A stretch of DNA of 64,000 nt from Felis catus. Its lineage: Eukaryota. Both the position numbers and the translations under genes were made by a program. The notes under the pieces were generated by a model that was not told where the DNA came from, did no database searches, and was given only the letters and a program-made list of their open reading frames with translations. How positions within the stretch are numbered: position 1 is the stretch's first letter; each line of letters opens with the position of its first letter. The stretch is from assembly GCF_018350175.1 (NCBI RefSeq), contig NC_058368.1, positions 69,256,001 through 69,320,000 of the forward strand. The letters run 5' to 3'. Shown here in pieces: positions 38,026 through 49,629 of this stretch.

Positions 38026-38416
38026 GTTTGAGTCACACTTTCTTTCTCTAGGGCTTTGTGAACAAAGGTCCATTGTCTTCAAACACTGAAATTTCTGTAG
38101 AACATTCAGAGACCAGCCTGATCTTTTCTTTCTGACAGGTGGCTTACTCCTTCTCTCCCTCACCCCAAACATGCCAAAGATTCTTGTTTCATCTTTGGAG
38201 ACCAGTAACCTTACCAGGGTGTAGATGACTATTGATTCGTCCGTGCCAAATTTTTCTTGGATAAATGGGTCCTTTCAAGTGCAGATTCAAGTCTTCTACT
38301 GCTAGTAAACAAATAAATGTCTGGAATGTTTTGTTTCTTTTCTGGGACAACTGAACAGTCAAATCCTAGTTCACTCCTGGAAATGTTCCTTAAATATATC
38401 TTTAAACATTTTTCCA

Positions 38417-38902
38417 GGGAGAGCCTGGGTGCCCAGTCCATTGAGTGTCTAACTCTTGATCTCAGCTCAGGTCTTGATCTCAGGGTTATGAGTGCAAGCC
38501 CCATGTCAGGCTCTGTGCTGGGTGTGAAGCCTACTGAAAAAAATAAATAAATAGGGGCGCCTGGGTGGCTCAGTTGGTTAGGCATCCTGCTTCGGCTCAG
38601 GTCATGATCTGGCAGTTCGTGGGTTTCAGTCCTGCGTCGGGCTCTGTGCTGACAGCTTGGAGCCTGGAGCCTGCTTCGGAGTCTGTGTCTCCCTCTCTCT
38701 CTGCCCCTCTCCCATTCATGCTCTGTCTCCCTCTGTCAAAAATAAATAAATATTAAAAAAAAATTTTTAAATAAATAAGCAGGGGTGCCTGGATGGCTCA
38801 GTTAAGCACCTGACTCTTGATTTCCCTTGGGTCATGATCTGACGGTTCATGAGTTCAAGCCCTGTGTCAGGCTCCACACTGACATCGTGGAGGCTGCTTG
38901 GG

Positions 38903-38939
<37 letters not shown>

Positions 38940-38972
38940 AATAAATAAATAAACTTTAAATAAATAAGTAAA
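38417..38972 (+). mobile_element. Three head-to-tail Can-SINEs (38417-38552, 38554-38780, 38782-38972)
   Basis: Three heads inside a single outer TSD taaacatttttccag. Confidence 0.9.
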
Positions 38973-40319
38973 TAAACATTTTTCCAGTCCCCTGACCTCA
39001 ATTCTCTTTCTCACATAACCACTATGCATTATGTTAGCTAACTTCTGCCTTCCGTTGCTCTCCATTTCTTTCTAAGCCTTCTTAAGCTGGCTCATTTCTA
39101 TTACATTTTGTCCACTTTTCTCAATGTTATCCACATGCTCCTTTGAGCTACTTTAATGAGGCTTTTCTCTCTCTAACAGTAAACATATATTTTCCTCGTC
39201 TCGTCTGAAGTCTGTCAGTTTACGTGCCATCTCCTTCTGTTGCCCTGTGATATTTTTCCTGAATTTTGTATATTTCTCCTCTGAGCTCTTGTTTCATAGA
39301 TACCATCAGGAAGAGCATTAGTTCCTTGTGATGTTTCATTGCATAATGGCGCTCACGTTTGGCCACAAGTTTCAGTTGTCCTGAGGTAATACTTCTCTGG
39401 TGAGTCATTTTTGTCCGCCATCTGTCGTTGCCCTCTCCTCTCCCTTCTTCCAGGACCCCTGTGTAATTACAATTCTTATGTGCTGCGATTTGTCGTAGGT
39501 TGCAAATTACAAATCACTAATACCTCATATCGGTGATCGTTCAATAATCATTTCTGTTTACATCAATGGATAATAGAAGTTTCATAACAGAGAGGTGAAA
39601 TGCCCAGAGTATCTGGCTTACGCTTAGGTTCCTTCGACACAGGATTTTGTGTGAGTGAGGCATTTTGATCGCCTTGATGTTTTTGTTGTTGTGCACTTTC
39701 TGTTTTGGCTTGGGGTGTTTTGGTGTCTACTTTTCCGCAGGCCATCCGGACTGGTAACTTCTGTGCTACTCATAAGGAGTCTACTCCACTCCTCTTTATG
39801 GGTAAACTACTTCTGGCAGATGCGACAGGTCTGTGTTTTTCCCTTTGTTCCAGATTCGCCACGAAGTTCCTGGGAGCTTCGCCCCCAGTGCCCTATCTGT
39901 TGACATCTGAACCCGTGTTTCACCTTCCCCAAATGTGGCCACCCTACCTCTCACATCTTGTGTTTCAGCAGTACAGCTGTCTCCTAGTCTATTCAGATAT
40001 GGAGTTTTCTTTCCTGTTTATTTTTATTTTCAGATATTTTTAGAGAGGAGACTGGAAGAAAACTCTCTTACTGTGCCATTTTAAACAGTTATCTCATTTT
40101 CTTTATAAAACACAGAATGATTGTTGATTTTTTTTTATTATTGTATAAAAATAAAGTGCAAAACCTTGCATATCCTCAGTGTTTCATAATCAGGGCCCAG
40201 CCTGTTTCTAGACCTTATCTTCGTTCCTTCCTTGGGTACTTCTGTACTGGCCACAAGACAGTTTTAGACATCGTCCATGGAAACCATGTTTCTTCTCCTG
40301 AAATCCATTATTTATTTAT

Positions 40320-40338
40320 AAATAATATATAAATATAT

Positions 40339-40379
<41 letters not shown>
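40320..40379. repeat. (TA)n microsatellite
   Basis: Direct observation. Confidence 0.95.
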
Positions 40380-40382
<3 letters not shown>

Positions 40383-40947
40383 AGAGTAATCAGAGGCCAG
40401 CCTGATCTTCCCCCCTAACAGGTGGCCTAAGTCTTCCCCTTCTTCATCCAAAAAAAAAAAAATGCCAAAGATTCTTGCTTCATATTTGTAGACCAATAAC
40501 TTCACGCGATGTGCATTGCTGTTGATTACTCAATGTCAAATTTTACATAAAAGATGTTAGTCATCTTGGTAAACATTATCAAGAAAAAAACAGGATTTAG
40601 ATATAAGAGAGAAAATATTTATTAAAGGGTAATCAGAACTGTCACAGAGAGAATATCTGACAAAACCAAGTTCTCCCCTGAAGACACTGGGACGTTTACA
40701 TTGAGAGGACCTAGATTTGGGCATTAAAAAAACAAAACAAACCAATTTCTCCCTTTCTCCAATTCCTATGTCAATCTGAGAGCCTTTTTTCCCAGTTTTA
40801 TTCAGATATACTTCCCATATAACACTGTATTCATTTTAGACTTACAACATAATGATTTGATATTGTATATGTTGCGAAATTTCACCACAATAAGTCTAGT
40901 TAACATTCATCACCTCACATTGTTACAACTTTTTCTTGCAATGAAAA

Positions 40948-41175
40948 CTTTTTGTGTTTTTTTTGTTTTGAGACTGGGGGGGGTATGGGAGGGAGCATGA
41001 GTGGGGAAGGGGCAGAGGGAAAGAGAGAGGGAGAGAATTTTAAGCAGGCTCCACATTCAGGACAGAGTACGGAGCACAGAGCCCGGAGCCTGACACGGGG
41101 CTCGATCTCATGACCCTGGGATCACGACCTGAGTCAAAATCAAGAGTCTGACACTCAACCACCACCCAGGCGCCC
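40948..41175 (-). mobile_element. Can-SINE
   Basis: TSD tcttgcaatga(a/g)aacttttt. Confidence 0.9.
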
Positions 41176-41192
41176 TCTCTTGCAATGAGAAC

Positions 41193-41225
41193 TTTTTTTT
41201 TTCAATTTTCTAAATGTTTATTTAT

Positions 41226-41286
<61 letters not shown>

Positions 41287-41468
41287 TGTGTGTGTGTGTG
41301 TGTGTGTGTGAGCAGGGGGAGGGGCAGAGAGAAGGAGACAGAATCTGAAGCAGGCTCCAGGCTCTGAGCTGTTAGCACAGAGCCTGATGTGGGGCTCAAA
41401 CTCATGAGCCGGAGATCATGCCCTGAGCTGACATAGGATGCTTAACCGACTGAGCCACTCAGGTGCAC
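41193..41468 (-). mobile_element. SINEC_Fc with (GA)n(GT)n
   Basis: Reverse-complement SINE. Confidence 0.9.
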
Positions 41469-41816
41469 CACAGTGAGAACTTTCAAGATCTACTCTTTTA
41501 GTAACTTTCAAATATATGTTTTAGCCATTTTTAAGTGTATAGTTCAGAGGCATTAGTTATATTCACAGCATGGTACAACCATCACCACTATTTCTAAAAT
41601 TTTTCATCACCCCCAAATAGAAACCCTATACTCATTAAACAATAACTCTGTATTTCTCCTGGTAACATGTAATCTCCACTCTCTGTCTTTTAAATTTGCC
41701 TATTCTAGTTCATATAAATGGAATCATACAACAATTGTCCTTTTGTATTTGGCCCAATTCACTTAGCATAATACTTTCAAGATTTATCCACGTTGTAGCA
41801 TGTGTCGGTACATCAT

Positions 41817-42035
41817 TTCTTTTTATTTTTTAATGTTTATTTATTTTTAAGAGAGAGATACAGAGAGAGAGAGACAGAGTATGGGGGGGGGGGCAGAGAG
41901 AGGGAGACACAGAACCCCAAGCAGACTCCAAGCTCTGAGCTGTCAGCACAGAGCCCAACGTGGGGCTCGGACCCACAAATTGTGAGAACCTGAGCCAAAG
42001 TTGGATACTTAACCGACTGCGCCACCAGATGCCCT
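41817..42035 (-). mobile_element. SINEC_Fc
   Basis: TSD acatcatttcttttt. Confidence 0.9.
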
Positions 42036-42332
42036 GGCACATCATTTCTTTTTCAAGCTGAATAATACTCCATTGCATAGCTACACGTTTAACTCAGGTA
42101 TTCATCTGCTGCTGGGCACTTGGGTTGTTTCCACTTTTCTGTTAGTGTGCATAATGTTGCAATGAACAGTCACATACAATGTCTGAGTCCCTGTTTTCAA
42201 TTCTTTTAGGTAGAGATACCTAGGAGTAGAATTGTTGGGTAATTCTATGTTTACCTTCTTAAGGAACTGCCACTGTTTTCCACAGTGGCTGAAACATTTT
42301 ACATTCCACCAGTCGTGTGCAAGGGTTCTAAA

Positions 42333-42544
42333 TTTTTCTTTTTAACGTTTATTTATTTTTGAGACAGACAGAGACAGAGCATGAACAGGGGAGCGTCAGA
42401 GAGAGGGAGACACAGAATCTGAAACAGGCTCCAGGCTCTGACCTGTCAGCACAGAGCCCAACGTGGGGCTCAAACTCACGGACCGCGAAATCATGACCCG
42501 AGCCTAAGTAGGAGGCTCAACTGACTAAGCCACCCAGGCGCCCC
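42333..42544 (-). mobile_element. SINEC_Fc
   Basis: TSD-like aagggttctaa / aaaggttctaa. Confidence 0.9.
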
Positions 42545-42828
42545 GTAAAGGTTCTAATTTTTGCACATCTTTGCTATCACTTGTTATTTTCCACTTTTTT
42601 GATGATAGTCATGCCAGTAGGTATGAAGTGGTATTATACTGTGGTTTGGGTGTTGTTGTTGTTGTACAAATATTGACTATACATTGATTTGGTGATATGG
42701 CATGATGCAACAAATTTCAAAGGAGTAATGTCATAGACTACATTTATTAAACACAATCTAATTAAACTGGAAATAGAAAACAAAAAGATAATTTAATTTA
42801 ATAAGACCCCACGTATTTAAAAATTAAT

Positions 42829-42992
42829 GGGGCGCCTGGGTGGCTCAGTCTGTTGGGCAACCAACTTTGGCTCAGATCATGATCATGATCTCACATCTCA
42901 CAAGTTCGAGCCCCACGTCAGGCTCTGTGCTGACAGCTCAGAGCCTGGAGCCTGCTTTGGATTCTACATCTCCCTCTCTCTGTCCCTCCCCT

Positions 42993-43037
<45 letters not shown>

Positions 43038-43058
43038 ACTAAATAAACATTAAAAAAT
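42829..43058 (+). mobile_element. SINEC_Fc
   Basis: Standard head, body and tail. Confidence 0.9.
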
Positions 43059-43129
43059 GTTTCGATGTCTCATTTAAAAATTAAAAACATAATTCTGAAA
43101 AAATTCTTTTTTTGTTTTTGTTTTTTCCC

Positions 43130-43610
43130 TTTATTTTTTTAATTAATTTTATTTTTTATTTTTATTTAAATCCTAGTTAGTTAATATATAGTGTAATAAT
43201 GGTTTCAGGAATAGAATTTAGTGATTCAACACTTCCATATAATACCCAGTGCTCATCCCACCAAGTGCCCTGCTTAATACCCATCACCCATCTAGCCCGT
43301 CCCCCCACCCAACTTCCCTTCAGCAACCCTCAGTTGATTCTTCGTATTTAAGAGTCACTTATGGGGCGCCTGGGTGGCGCAGTCGGTTAAGCGTCCAACT
43401 TCAGCCAGGTCACGATCTTGCGGCCTGTGAGTTCGAGCCCCGCGTCGGGCTCTGGGCTGATGGCTCAGAGCCTGTAGCCTGTTTCCGATTCTGTGTCTCC
43501 CTCTCTCTCTGCCCCTCCCCCATTCATGCTCTGTCTCTCTCTGTCCCAAAAATAAATAAACGTTGAAAAAAAAAATTAAAAAAAAAATAGTCACTTATGG
43601 TTTGTTCTTT
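43130..43610 (-). mobile_element. Short carnivore L1 3' end containing a SINE
   Basis: Same 3'UTR family as 34905-35680 (aatagaatttagtgattca...acccagtgctcatccc). Confidence 0.85.
43363..43587 (+). mobile_element. Young SINEC_Fc
   Basis: TSD agtcacttat. Confidence 0.95.
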
Positions 43611-43649
43611 GTATCTACAAGATCCTTTCTTTAAAAGAAGAAAATGCTT

Positions 43650-44220
43650 TTATTTTGTCATGCATACAGATAAGTGTATAAATGATAAGTTCACAGCTCA
43701 ACTAGTTTTTGCAAAATGAACACACGTTGGTAATCCCCATCCATATCAAGAAACAGAGCATGACTACTCCCCACCCCCACCGCCCCCCCCCCCCCGCCCC
43801 CAAGAAGCCTTACATGGGCCACTTTCCAGGCTGTCCTATCTTCTTCACCACAGAGGTCTCCAATATCCTACACTGCTAATCAATGTGCTTTTGTTTGGGC
43901 TGGGCTTTTTTACTTAGAATAATGGTTCAGAATTATCCATGTAGTTGTGTAAAGAAATAGTTTTTTTCATTTTCTTTTCTATAGCTTCTGTTGTATGAAC
44001 ATATCACAACTGATTTATCCATTCTACCATTGATGTAAACTTGGATGTTACCAGTTTGGGAGTAGTACAAAGAAGCTGCTGAAACACATTATTTTACAGG
44101 TCTTTTAGTGACTATGCATACACATTTCTGTTGTGTATACCTGGGGACAGAGCTGCCGAATAATGAACTCTCTGTGCCCAGCTTTTAGTAGACATGACTT
44201 CAGTTTGCCAAAATGGTTGT
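43650..44220 (-). mobile_element. Old L1 (L1MC/ME-like) 3' end
   Basis: gatttatccattctaccattgatg...ccagtttggg...catttctgttgtgtatacct. Confidence 0.75.
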
Positions 44221-44285
44221 TCTTGGGGGGCTCTTCTGCAAGGACTTTATGCCTATGGTGAATTTGCATCAAGAGCTTATATATT

Positions 44286-44512
44286 GGGGCGCCTGGGTGG
44301 CGCAGTCGGTTAAGCGTCCGACTTCAGCCAGGTCACGATCTCACGGTCCGTGAGTTCGAGCCCCGCGTCAGGCTCTGGGCTGATGGCTCAGAGCCTGGAG
44401 CCTGTTTCCGATTCTGTGTCTCCCTCTCTCTCTGCCCCTCCCCCGTTCATGCTCTGTCTCTCTCTGTCCCAAAAATAAATAAACGTTGAAAAAAAATTAA
44501 AAAAAAAAAAAA
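44286..44512 (+). mobile_element. Young SINEC_Fc
   Basis: TSD agcttatatat. Confidence 0.95.
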
Positions 44513-44519
44513 GCTTATA

Positions 44520-46190
44520 TATCAATTACTTCTGGGGCCATAATGAACCACACACCAAAACATAATGGCTTAAAACAACAATGTTGCTGTTATTCATGAT
44601 TCTGTAGGCCAGTAATTTCAATGGCTAAACCAATCGGGTTTTCTGCTAGGGCCATTCATGTGGCTACAGTTATTCAACAACTCTCCTCGGGTCAGATAGG
44701 ATAAAATGTCCTCACTTAGGTCTCGGCTGAGCCTCAAATCTTCAGCAGCAAACTTGGGCTTTTCATATAGAGCAGCATTTCAAAAAGACAAGAGCTGAAG
44801 CTGTAATATCTCCCAGGTCCAAGGCTAGGACGACGTACAACATCACTTCTGCTGCCTTCCACAAGTCAAAGCTAGTGAGAAGGCCAACCCACCTTCAAGA
44901 GCAGAACAATAAAGTCCACTTCTTGATGGAAAGGCCAGTAAAATATTATGCCCTTTTTTTTTTCCAAGTTACTAACATCTTCTACCTGAATGCAATATTT
45001 ATTTTCCTCTCCTATGCAAAATATACTCACCCCACCCCAGGATCCCCATGTGTCTTATCCAATTATGGCATCATCCTCAAAGTATAAGATCGCATCATCA
45101 GCATCCGGTCCAGTGAGGCTCGCTGGGTATATCCTCAAGTGCAGTTTCTTTCAATCTGGGTGACTACATAAATAAAACTGCAAACTTTATGCCCCTCCCC
45201 CCAAATATACAGAAGGCACTCCTAATTAAGAGGGAAACTGGGAGAGGTGTAGAAGTCACTGTTCCATGGCAATTCTGAAGTACAAGCACCAGAAGTAGGG
45301 AATCTTTCTTGATTGGAGCCATTGCCGCTCTTTGGGTATAGAAGCATCCAGTCCATTTGTCTTGGAGACTCTTAGCTCTGTGCTCTGGGATAGTGGCTTC
45401 ACCGTCTGACACAACTTCTCTTCTCCATCAGAAATGGCCCATTTTGCAGCTGAGTAGCTTTCTCAGTCTGCCTTCTACCTATAGAGAGTTGGGAGCCCAT
45501 TTTGACAGCCTCTGTCCCTTTTAGTCTAAGCTAGCGATTCTTCTGCCAGTAAAATTCCCTTTAAAATTGTGTGGATTTCCTATGACTCTGATACAGGTCT
45601 ACTCAATGGGGCCAAAGTCACATTTCTGATTCTTTTTGAGACAAGTCTCTTTCTATTTTGGGTCATAATGCAGGCAATAGTGGGACAATGCTCTTTTGTC
45701 TCCTGAGAGAGTCTAGCTGGCACTGCCTTCAATTTTTCAGTGATCTTGAGCATAATCTGGACCTTGGCCCCAGGCCTCATTTCATTTTGAGAATCTTTTA
45801 TTGTCTGTGGACACTGGGGGAAATAAGCGATTTTATTTTCCAGCCCAGCAAATCTTGGACCCTTTATATTTTCTCTGAATTTTGCTTGCAAATTCAATAG
45901 TTGCATTTTGACCTCGTCTGTCTCTTCTTATACCTTATATGCATCCAGATCCAACAGACTGACACTTTCCACATTCTGCATGGTGATTTCTTTAGCCAAA
46001 TCCAAAAGCTTATTAGAAGCATTTCCCATCTTCCAAATTATTACAGACAACAGTTTTGCAAATTTTGGTACCACTACCTAATGCCCTTTGCCATTTACAC
46101 AGATTCCCAGAGGAGTTTCCTCATGGCTTTTCCAGTCTCTGCTAACACTAGCTTTGCACACATCCAGCCTTTACCAGAAGTGTTCTCATC
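44520..46190 (-). mobile_element. MaLR 3' LTR (MLT1, ~44520-44975) with attached MLT1-int sequence
   Basis: ccaaaacataatggcttaaaacaaca LTR end; the adjacent tcttatccaattatggcatc...gtcactgttccatggcaattctga resembles MLT1 internal sequence. Confidence 0.6.
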
Positions 46191-46191
46191 A

Positions 46192-46582
46192 CTGTCTGAT
46201 CTTTCTCTGGGGCAGGATTGTCTGTTTAGCTGGTAACCTTGAGAGATGCGGTAAGATCTCCCTGGAGACAAGAAGCAGGCCTGGTTGCTGCTTGCTTGAA
46301 AAGAGGCGGGTTCTCCAAGCTCTGTGTTTCTCAGCTGCATCTGAAACCCACTGCGTGGATCACATTCATCTGGGCCATACCACATTGACCCCAGGACTTA
46401 CGGGCAAGGAGGACCAAGGCAAATGTGTGGATACTCATGCTGCTTGTTCTGCCAGGGATAATAAAGTGTTCTATCTCAGCCCCAGCAATCTGTCTCTATT
46501 GCCAGCACTCCCGAAACAGCAACAGGCTCATCTCCTGTGGCCTGTAAGTAGGGAGCATCAAGTCGCAGACCTTACAGTCTCC
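46192..46582 (+). mobile_element. ERVL-class LTR (MER68/76/77-like)
   Basis: ctcatgctgcttg...aataaag...gccagca...gtaagtaggg...cagaccttaca. Confidence 0.55.
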
Positions 46583-46628
46583 ATCGGCAGAAGGCATTCT
46601 CCATTTAGCTTTCAATAAATCTTGACTT

Positions 46629-46794
46629 GGGGTGTGTGGGTGGCTCAGTTGCTTAAGCATCTGACTCTTAATTTCAGTTCAGGTTGTGATCTCACGGTTC
46701 ATGAGTTAGAGCCCCACGTTGGGCTCTGTGCTGCAGTGCAAAGCCTGCTTGGGATTCTCTCCCTCTTCTCTCTCTCTGCCCCTCCCCAGTTCTT

Positions 46795-46849
<55 letters not shown>

Positions 46850-46890
46850 ATAAAGAAATAAACTTAAAATAAGCAAGTAAATAAATAAAT
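46629..46890 (+). mobile_element. Can-SINE
   Basis: TSD aatcttgactt. Confidence 0.9.
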
Positions 46891-47204
46891 CAATCTTGAC
46901 TTAACACTACCAAAATCTGGCTTTCCAAAGATAAGATTGGAGGCAGCAAACTTTTTTAAAATTCAAGACTACATCAGAATTCAGAGATTGAAACAAATCA
47001 TATTAACGACTCTGCACCCACGTTATTGCATGTCTCCAGAGCTGGCCTAGCCTCAGATCCAGAGAAATGTTGCAGTATTGTTGAAAACTGTGTATTCTCT
47101 TCAAGAAAATTTTTTCTGTTGGGCCACTTATCAATCTAGCAACAGAAAAATGCCAACAACTGTCCAACGTCAATGGTCTAGGCAATTTCTAGATAAACAT
47201 TGTA

Positions 47205-47417
47205 ATTTTGTGTATGTTTATTTATTTTTGAGAGAGAGAGAGAGACCCAGAGTTAGAGCATAGGAGGGTCAGAGAGAGAGGGAGACACAGAATCTAAAGC
47301 AGGCTCCAAGCTCTGAGCCATCAGCACAGAGCCCAATGCAGGGCTTGAACCCATGAACTGTGAGATCATGACCTGAGCTGAAGTCGGACACTTAACCGAC
47401 TAAGCCTCAGGCGCCCC
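47205..47417 (-). mobile_element. SINEC_Fc
   Basis: TSD acattgtaatttt. Confidence 0.9.
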
Positions 47418-47429
47418 ACATTGTAATTT

Positions 47430-47453
47430 TCTTTATATTCATTTATTTTTGCA

Positions 47454-47503
<50 letters not shown>

Positions 47504-47603
47504 TGGGGGGAGGCAGAGAGAGAAGGGGAGAGAGGCTCTGAAGCAGGCTTTGCACTGACAGCCCCAGTGCAGGGCTCAACTGACCAAGCCAGCTGGGTGC
47601 CCC
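47430..47603 (-). mobile_element. Internally deleted Can-SINE
   Basis: Head joined directly to the mid-body. Confidence 0.85.
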
Positions 47604-47714
47604 TACAAACACTGTAATTTTTAACTCTCTGGTTCCCAAATGTGTCTGTCTCACAAACTAATAAGTCAAAGGGAATACAGGGATATTAGAAGGTGGAGAA
47701 AGGATAAGTAACAC

Positions 47715-48137
47715 TCATATAAGAAAGACAAATACTGTGTGATCTCACTTACGTGTGGAATTTTTAAAGAGTTGAATTCACGGAAGCAGAAAGTACACTG
47801 GTGGGTGCCAGGGGCTGGGGGACAGAGGGAATGGGGAGATGTTGGTCAATGGGCATGAACTTCCAGTTACAAGATGAATAAGTTCCAGGGATGTAATGTA
47901 CAGCATGGTGACTGTGGTTAACAATACCGTATTATATACTTGAAGGTTGCCAAGAGCAGATCTTAAATGTCTTTACCACCAGAAATAAAATGTTAACTAT
48001 GTGACCTGATGGATGTGTTAACTAACCTTACTGTGGTAATCACTTCACAATATATTCATATATGGAATCACCACGCTGCACGCCTTCAACTTCTACCGCG
48101 TTACATTCCAATTATATCTCGATAAAGCTGGAAAAAC
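47715..48137 (+). mobile_element. L1MA8/9-like 3' end
   Basis: gaaagacaaatactgtgtgatctcactta...aagatgaataagttc...ttatatctcgataaagctggaaaaa. Confidence 0.88.
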
Positions 48138-48682
48138 AATTCATGCCATATGCCACGGAAATGCAGAAAGTACCTTGCTGACATTTAGATGAAACCTTCT
48201 TATAACTGTTGTCATATCAATTTCCCAAGAAATGCTACAGCTTAGGGCCTAGGAACGCAGGCTCTGCAAAGAGACCACCTTTGCAGGTAATGAGCTCTGA
48301 AACGAGGCCCTTTTTTGCAGGAATATTCTCTATGCCTTTGTTTCTTCATCTGCAAAATGGGAATATTGGCTCCTACTTCATTTGGGCCTTTGCTTTATTT
48401 GAGTTCAAAGGGTTAACAAGCACTGTAAAGTGCTTGTAACAGTGCTGTTCTGTTACAATAAATAGTATCTACGTCAAAGATAGTTGGTAGCTGAAGAGGA
48501 TGAGGGGAAAATGTTATAATGCACGGGAGCAAGAATGACCATTTGCTGCACACTCTGCAGATTCCAAGAAACTGGGATGAAGAACTAAAGTCCCTGAATG
48601 CCTGAATTTCTTGATAACTAAGAAACCACCTCCAAAAACTTTTCTTTTGCTTCAACATCTTTCTAAAATAGAGGAATTTAAT

Positions 48683-48790
48683 TCCTTGCTCTTGGATTTC
48701 TAGCCTCCAGAACTATGGGACGATACATGTGTGCTGTTTAAGCCACCCAGTCTGGTCCCGTCGTGATGGCAGCCACAGGAAACAAGTACA
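48683..48790 (+). mobile_element. MLT1 LTR 3' fragment
   Basis: tctagcctccagaactatg...tttaagccacccagtctgg...gcagccacaggaaacaagtaca. Confidence 0.8.
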
Positions 48791-48927
48791 AGATACTAGG
48801 TCGGACGGTTTTTTTCTTTCCTAGCTTTTTCTTTTCTAATCAAAGTAAGACATAGTAGCAAAGTGCTTATAATGACAAGGAACACCTTCTCACCCCATCC
48901 CTCCTCTCTGTTGCACCCGGAAGAGGC

Positions 48928-49149
48928 TTTTTCTTTTAAGTTTACTTATTTATTTTGAGAGAGAGCATGCGTGCATGCGCAGGCAAACGGAGGAACAGAG
49001 GGAGAGAGAGAAGCCCAAGCAGGCTCTGAACTGATAGGGAGCCCGATCCGGGGCTTGATGTGGGGCTCGAACTCGTCAACCTTGAGATCGTGACCTGAGC
49101 TGAAACCAAGAGTCGGACACTCAACCGACTGAGCCATGCAGGCGTCCCC
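48928..49149 (-). mobile_element. Can-SINE
   Basis: Reverse-complement SINE. Confidence 0.9.
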
Positions 49150-49629
49150 AGAAAGAGCCTTTTAAAAGATTCTTATATGGTCCCCTCTTCAAAGCCCTTC
49201 CCAGCTTCCTGGAAATGAGCTGTTGGGTTTCTCATTTTTACTCAAATTACTCTGATACGAACGCTTCCCTTTGCGGCACAGGAAACTCTTATGCCACGCC
49301 TGTCATAATAGGTGGGGTTTCTTTTTCTGTGTTTGAACTACTCCAAGCCAGTCTCCTTTGGAAAGAGGTTTGTTGTTGTTTTTGTTTTTTGGAAGCTTGT
49401 AAACCTATTTCACCCAGAGGTGCCGCAGCCAAGTGCAAATAGCAGAGGCTTCATGCTCAGGCCACTTGACCCCCTACTCTATCTGCCACTTAGCCGGGCT
49501 ATTTCAATGCCTTACTCATGGTTATTAATTTCACAATGGATGTAGGGGACTAATATCTCAAAACACTGAATTCAATGCTCTTCCTCTCTTCTTATCTTAA
49601 TGATTGCATTATGAGATGCAAAGCAAGCA

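Larger units (their letters stand above)
36400..40085 (-). mobile_element. HAL1 (half-L1) / very old L1M, near full length, interrupted by six SINEs
   Basis: Reverse complement aagatcaggctggtctctgaatgttctacagaaatttcagtgtttgaagacaatgg matches the HAL1 ORF1 region as I recall it; ~2.4 kb after removing the SINEs. Confidence 0.6.
40785..42650 (-). mobile_element. Old L1 3' ends (L1MA/MB-like) interrupted by four SINEs
   Basis: caccacaataagtctagttaacat; catataaatggaatcataca; ctaggagtagaattgttgggt; ggtatgaagtggtat. Confidence 0.8.

Noticed and set aside
46088..46618. Longest ORF (176 aa)
   Set aside because: Lies over MaLR-internal/LTR sequence, has a non-ATG start and no recognisable domain.
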